DNA of 39,959 nt from a virus. Its lineage: Duplodnaviria > Caudoviricetes. A program made the translations under genes and the position numbers. The stretch lies in the IMG/VR virus record IMGVR_UViG_3300005298_000015, positions 1-39,959 of that record; one strand, 5' to 3'. Under the pieces are notes generated by a model that was not told the DNA's origin, made no database searches, and saw only the letters and a list, made by a program, of their open reading frames with translations. Positions 35,893 through 39,959 of the stretch are shown in pieces. Within the stretch, counting starts at the first letter, position 1; each line of letters begins with the position of its first letter.

Positions 35893-36252
35893 TTAAGCCC
35901 TCCTGATATTCCATCTGCCTTTTGTATAAGCTGAGTACTCAAGCCAAGTTTTAAATCTTTTCCAAAAGTTTACCTTTATATAAACCACAAAATTTGGATA
36001 TCTTTTTAAACAAATGGCCCCTACAATATCTAACAATATCTTTGCAACCGCTTCTGCAAACCGTAACTTCCACCACAAAAATTTATGTTCAGGATCAGAC
36101 CAACTTTCAAGAAGTTCCAGTTCTGGAACAGGGAACCAGCGGCCGTACATAAAATCCTGCCAGCTTTTATACTTTGTCCAGCGGTTTGGTATCCCAAAAC
36201 CACCGCTTTTTATGTAAAGATAATCATATGCTTTACCTAACCATTCCTTCAT
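35893..36252 (-). CDS. hypothetical protein
   Basis: 119-aa ORF between the portal and Kelch genes. Confidence 0.65.
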   Translation of the reverse strand: MKEWLGKAYDYLYIKSGGFGIPNRWTKYKSWQDFMYGRWFPVPELELLESWSDPEHKFLWWKLRFAEAVAKILLDIVGAICLKRYPNFVVYIKVNFWKRFKTWLEYSAYTKGRWNIRRA

Positions 36253-36262
36253 TTTTTACTCT

Positions 36263-37903
36263 TTATTTCTTTTTCTTTTCTTGGGCTGCCTGTGCTAAAG
36301 CTATAAGCTCAGCCATTTCTTTCTTTTTGATGTATTCTCTCTTAATTTTACTTTTCATTGGAATGGGTAAAAGATCTATCAAAACTTCGGGATCTACTAA
36401 GCCCGTCTCAATTAAACCAAACAAAAGTTCTTGGTAATTCATCGCCATAATCGGTGAGGAGGTATGAGCATAAACCTCAACCCTAAAGGGTGTCATTAAA
36501 GCGGCAAAACGTGGATCAAAAACTACTAAATACCTTCCCCATAAGCTCATTATATCCTCTATAAACTTTTCGAAGCGCAGGGCTTTTTGTTTAAGATGCG
36601 CAGATGCAAACATACTGATCAACTGTGCATGCGACGCCGAACGGACACCGCTTATGTTTAAACCTAAAATAGTAGGACTTAAACCAAGGTTCTCCACCAT
36701 GTTTTGCTCACACTTGTTTAAAAACGCATAAATAGCATCCAAGCTAACTCGTGGGACGTATTCCTCAACCTTAAGGTCGGGACTGTCAATTAAAACAACA
36801 CCGTTTGGGGTTTTTAACTGCTTTACTACATCGTCTACCGTTAATACGCCGCCTATTGTAGCCATCACTACGGGAGGGTTGATCATTTTATCAGTCGCCT
36901 CTTCAAGCTTATCCAGCCATTTTTTAATGGTCCGCTGTGTCCTAATTACCCGATCACCAGTGCCAACGCCTATGTTGTTCACGCCTAAAATTGGCTCAGC
37001 AATATACATACTAAACGGGTAATTGTACATGTCATAAGGACTTACACCATGCTGAACTACCTTATTCCCAATTACCACCGCTCGGCTTACATAACCATTC
37101 TCCAGCTCTTTATACCAAACCTCGTAAACATTGATTATTTCACCCGTCATGCTGTAGCTTTGACCGAGGATCAGGTACTTTAAAAACTCAAAAAAGTTCT
37201 CGTAAAACTGTTCAAAGTTTATAGGTTCAGCTTCCACACCGTAGCTTTGATTTACAAAAGTTTCAAGCCTCTTCAAAACATTCTGATCGATGGTCTCCAA
37301 TTGAAGAGTCCGAATGGCAAACATCTCGGGTTGAGCTAATTTGACCAATTCCTCGCCAAAAAGTTTGACCGCTTCAGGTATGCCCATCCTGATCACCCTG
37401 ACTATACGCTGACTTGGATCCTCTAACTCAAGCTGGGGGTAGTAAAAGTAAATCTCCCAGGGATAAATCAATGTAGCCTTAACTCGCCCTTTTTCACGGG
37501 GAGCCAAAAAGATGCCACTTGAACCAAAAATTTCGCCAATCATCGCCGCAAGATAAAACTGATAGTCAAGCCCCAAAGTGTAAAAATTATCACTTAAAAA
37601 CTTACGAGCTTTTTCGGCTAACTTTAACTCAAAATCACTGGAAGGCTCTTCATCAAACTCAACGTCAAAAATTATGTTGTCACTCGAATAAATAAGGGAG
37701 GTCACAAGGTTCACATAACGGCTCAAATAATCCAAACCTTCAGGCGCTTTAAACAGCTCATTGATAATATCCACCCACCTCGGCAGCATAAAACGCCACT
37801 GCGCCTGCGCCGCCCGAACCGTATCTAATACCTCCTCAACACTTAAATACGAACCCTGGGAAGCTTTACTTACATCTTCCTTGCGCCTCACCCTGCGCTT
37901 CAT
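36263..37903 (-). CDS. portal protein
   Basis: 546 aa, first large gene of the structural operon; YPF, G.G...I..Q, NPP, LG......RSA layout typical of podovirus portals. Confidence 0.7.
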   Translation of the reverse strand: MKRRVRRKEDVSKASQGSYLSVEEVLDTVRAAQAQWRFMLPRWVDIINELFKAPEGLDYLSRYVNLVTSLIYSSDNIIFDVEFDEEPSSDFELKLAEKARKFLSDNFYTLGLDYQFYLAAMIGEIFGSSGIFLAPREKGRVKATLIYPWEIYFYYPQLELEDPSQRIVRVIRMGIPEAVKLFGEELVKLAQPEMFAIRTLQLETIDQNVLKRLETFVNQSYGVEAEPINFEQFYENFFEFLKYLILGQSYSMTGEIINVYEVWYKELENGYVSRAVVIGNKVVQHGVSPYDMYNYPFSMYIAEPILGVNNIGVGTGDRVIRTQRTIKKWLDKLEEATDKMINPPVVMATIGGVLTVDDVVKQLKTPNGVVLIDSPDLKVEEYVPRVSLDAIYAFLNKCEQNMVENLGLSPTILGLNISGVRSASHAQLISMFASAHLKQKALRFEKFIEDIMSLWGRYLVVFDPRFAALMTPFRVEVYAHTSSPIMAMNYQELLFGLIETGLVDPEVLIDLLPIPMKSKIKREYIKKKEMAELIALAQAAQEKKKK

Positions 37904-37924
37904 TTATCCCTCCTTAAATTTTCC

Positions 37925-38215
37925 TTAAATTTTCCTTTTTTTCACTTTTACACCATCTTTTGTGGGCTCCATACCAACCACCGTAAACTTCTCACGCTTG
38001 TAGGGCACTTCATCCAAACGCACACGGCCCATCTCGTCCTTTTGAGCACGCTGAACCATACCTTCTAATTCTGTGGCAGACATGTAACCAGCAGAAGGAA
38101 GGGTAGTTTTAATAGGTTGTAAATTTTTGGTGGAACTTTCAATAATGTGCTCAACGGTCTTCTCAATCTCCTTCAGCTTCCTCCGATCATAACGGGGAAT
38201 CCAAATGTAAGGCAT
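37925..38215 (-). CDS. hypothetical protein
   Basis: Start moved to ATG 38215 (MPYIWIP) after AGGAGG at 38221-38226. Confidence 0.7.
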   Translation of the reverse strand: MPYIWIPRYDRRKLKEIEKTVEHIIESSTKNLQPIKTTLPSAGYMSATELEGMVQRAQKDEMGRVRLDEVPYKREKFTVVGMEPTKDGVKVKKRKI

Positions 38216-38259
38216 CAGAACCTCCTTTAAGTTACATAATTCATAAACTACCACTTAAT

Positions 38260-38324
38260 ATTGTAAAACCAAAAACATAAAAGGCAAGTGGTAATTGACA
38301 AAATAAAACGGTGTATGGTAATAA
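38260..38324. promoter_or_regulatory. divergent promoter pair
   Basis: Minus: TTGCCT(38287-38282)-N16-TACAAT(38265-38260); plus: TTGACA(38295-38300)-N18-TAATAA with TG extension. Confidence 0.55.
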
Positions 38325-38331
38325 AAAAGCA

Positions 38332-38796
38332 ATGAACCTTTCGTTTGGATGTGAGCCCACAACTAAAATCGAAACTATCAAAATCCAGTTTTGCCCCAAC
38401 AACCTTCATTACCTTAGCATTGATCCTGGAAGCAACAAATCAGGCATACTTAGCACTAATCCACCTTTAGGCATACAGATAATGGGGGATAAAAATGGTA
38501 AATGGCTTTTAACAATTGCTGGATTTTTAATCTGGAATTTTAAATACGAAACAGTGATTATCGAAAACTTTAATATTTACAGAAGAGTAAGAAGTACCGA
38601 ATGGGTGCCAATCGTTATAGGTAAACTAATCCAACTCTGTGAGTTCTTTAATACACCACACGTCTTAATGTACTACTCCCCAAAACAAAGATACCAAATC
38701 CCTTTCGAACACATCAATGATGCGGCTAATTTGCTCGGGAAATGGTTGGAGGGAAGGAAAATTAAATTACAGATCAAGGGATGGGAAGAAATTTAA
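38332..38796 (+). CDS. RuvC-like Holliday junction resolvase
   Basis: LSIDPG...SG, VIIE and H..DA RNase H-fold acidic motifs; start uncertain. Confidence 0.7.
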   Translation: MNLSFGCEPTTKIETIKIQFCPNNLHYLSIDPGSNKSGILSTNPPLGIQIMGDKNGKWLLTIAGFLIWNFKYETVIIENFNIYRRVRSTEWVPIVIGKLIQLCEFFNTPHVLMYYSPKQRYQIPFEHINDAANLLGKWLEGRKIKLQIKGWEEI

Positions 38797-39100
38797 GGGG
38801 TAAAATTTGGATTTGGGGGGTGTTGGCTTGCACCACCAAGCAGCCCAAGCGTAAAAGGACCAGCCAGCCCGCCTAACCTGTCAACCGCCGTTTTACTCTC
38901 CAAACCGTTTTACCCTTTAAAGCCTCGTTTGTTCACATAAAACATCTCACATCGTCAAACAAACCAATTTGTGTTTGGCCCATTAAAACGCTTTTTGACC
39001 TGCCCAAATGTTTCACAGAATAAAACAGATGGGTGATGCGTGTTTGATCTGACCAAACAAAGTTTGGCGTAGTAAAACAAAAATTGGGTTATTTTGGGGC

Positions 39101-39129
39101 TTGACAAGTTTAAAAGTTTATGCTATAGA
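39101..39129 (+). promoter_or_regulatory. sigma70-type promoter of the same class as the early promoters
   Basis: TTGACA(39101-39106)-N17-TATAGA(39124-39129) with TG extension. Confidence 0.8.
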
Positions 39130-39161
39130 AGAAGTAAAGAAAAAGAAAAAGGAGGAGGAAA

Positions 39162-39383
39162 ATGGAAAAGGTGAAAATTGGTGACAAAATATTAAAGTTG
39201 GAAGTTTTGGGTGACATTATAGAGCTTTCAGATAAGTACAGAACGTTTTTGCTACCGTTCGAAAGTTTTGCTAAGAAAAGTAAATATGATATAGCGCAAA
39301 AATGTTTTATTCTAAGTGGTGTAGAGCTTAACGACTTTATTTGCTACGATAACGATTTTGAGAATTTGATAGCAAAAATTTAA
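39162..39383 (+). CDS. hypothetical protein
   Basis: 73 aa with AGGAGG RBS and its own promoter. Confidence 0.75.
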   Translation: MEKVKIGDKILKLEVLGDIIELSDKYRTFLLPFESFAKKSKYDIAQKCFILSGVELNDFICYDNDFENLIAKI

Positions 39384-39801
39384 ATCATTTAAAAAGGAGG
39401 AAAAAATTAAAAAACAAGCGTTTTGTCAATCAGGCATAAAGAAAGTAATAATTTTTTATCACGAAAGCGAACAATACACCTTGTTTTTGTTTTAAAAGAA
39501 GAATCTTAAAACAACTGCTAAGCTTGCCTTTTAACACTTTTTGACCCCTCTCTTCCTTCTCTCCCTCCCCTTTTTTTATTTTACTAAACCAAACAGCGTT
39601 TTAAAAACCAACTTTTAAAACACCACCCAGAAGGTTGTCTGCCCGAAAAGCCGCATGGTTGCTTGGTTTTTGTGTTTTATAGAGTAAAACGGTGTTTGAT
39701 TTTTAACGCCTCATAGCATCTTTATCAAAAAATGTCAAATTCGCTTTGTAACACTCGTTCCCTTTTAAATACGCAAATTGTTACAAAATTGTTACAAGCT
39801 A

Positions 39802-39959
39802 GTTGCAATCGAACCATTATGGTATTGAAATCTTCTAAGGCATTAAGTAATTGAAAATCGCACGAGGCGTTGCAATCGAACCATTATGGTATTGAAATTC
39901 TTAATTTTTTCTTTCTTCAAGATTAAGTTGATCTCCGTTGCAATCGAACCATTATGGTA
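39802..39959 (+). CRISPR. CRISPR array truncated by the window end: 30-bp repeat, two complete spacers
   Basis: GTTGCAATCGAACCATTATGGTATTGAAAT at 39802-39831, 39869-39898 and 39937-end (partial); spacers of 37 and 38 bp; ATTGAAAN 3' end typical of type I-B/III repeats. Confidence 0.95.

Noticed and set aside
13638-36437. Many short plus-strand or nested ORFs in the structural region (e.g. 19484-19888, 18482-18775, 31208-31459)
   Set aside because: Shadow ORFs of long genes with no RBS or recognisable motifs
1-39959. tRNA, rRNA, integrase or transposase
   Set aside because: None recognised by eye; a covariance-model or HMM search would be needed to exclude them fully

Overview
The window reads as a near-complete ~40 kb genome of a short-tailed (podovirus-like) dsDNA phage; a thermophilic bacterial host is inferred from strong AGGAGGTG RBSs, sigma70-type promoters and Lys/Glu/Ile/Tyr-rich proteins. 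The + strand (1-13.2 kb) carries early cassettes of small paralogous genes, most with their own TTGACA-N17-TATATA promoter, then a primase-polymerase/helicase, a putative annealing protein, an RHH regulator and a Cas4-like nuclease. The - strand (13.2-38.2 kb) carries portal, two Kelch proteins, tail fibres, a lysis cassette, scaffold, capsid, tail, ejection proteins and the large terminase. Two features stand out. (1) A solo Cas7/RAMP-like gene (5401-6135) is followed directly by ~900 nt of non-coding, purine-rich DNA built from 5-nt units (GAN-NN), a candidate RNA-guided system with a non-CRISPR periodic guide. (2) A CRISPR array with no adjacent cas genes sits at the right end; its first spacer is antisense (29/37 nt) to a homologue of this phage's own gene at 1582-2025, pointing to phage-versus-phage targeting. 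All protein calls come from motif recognition by eye; no database searches were run.
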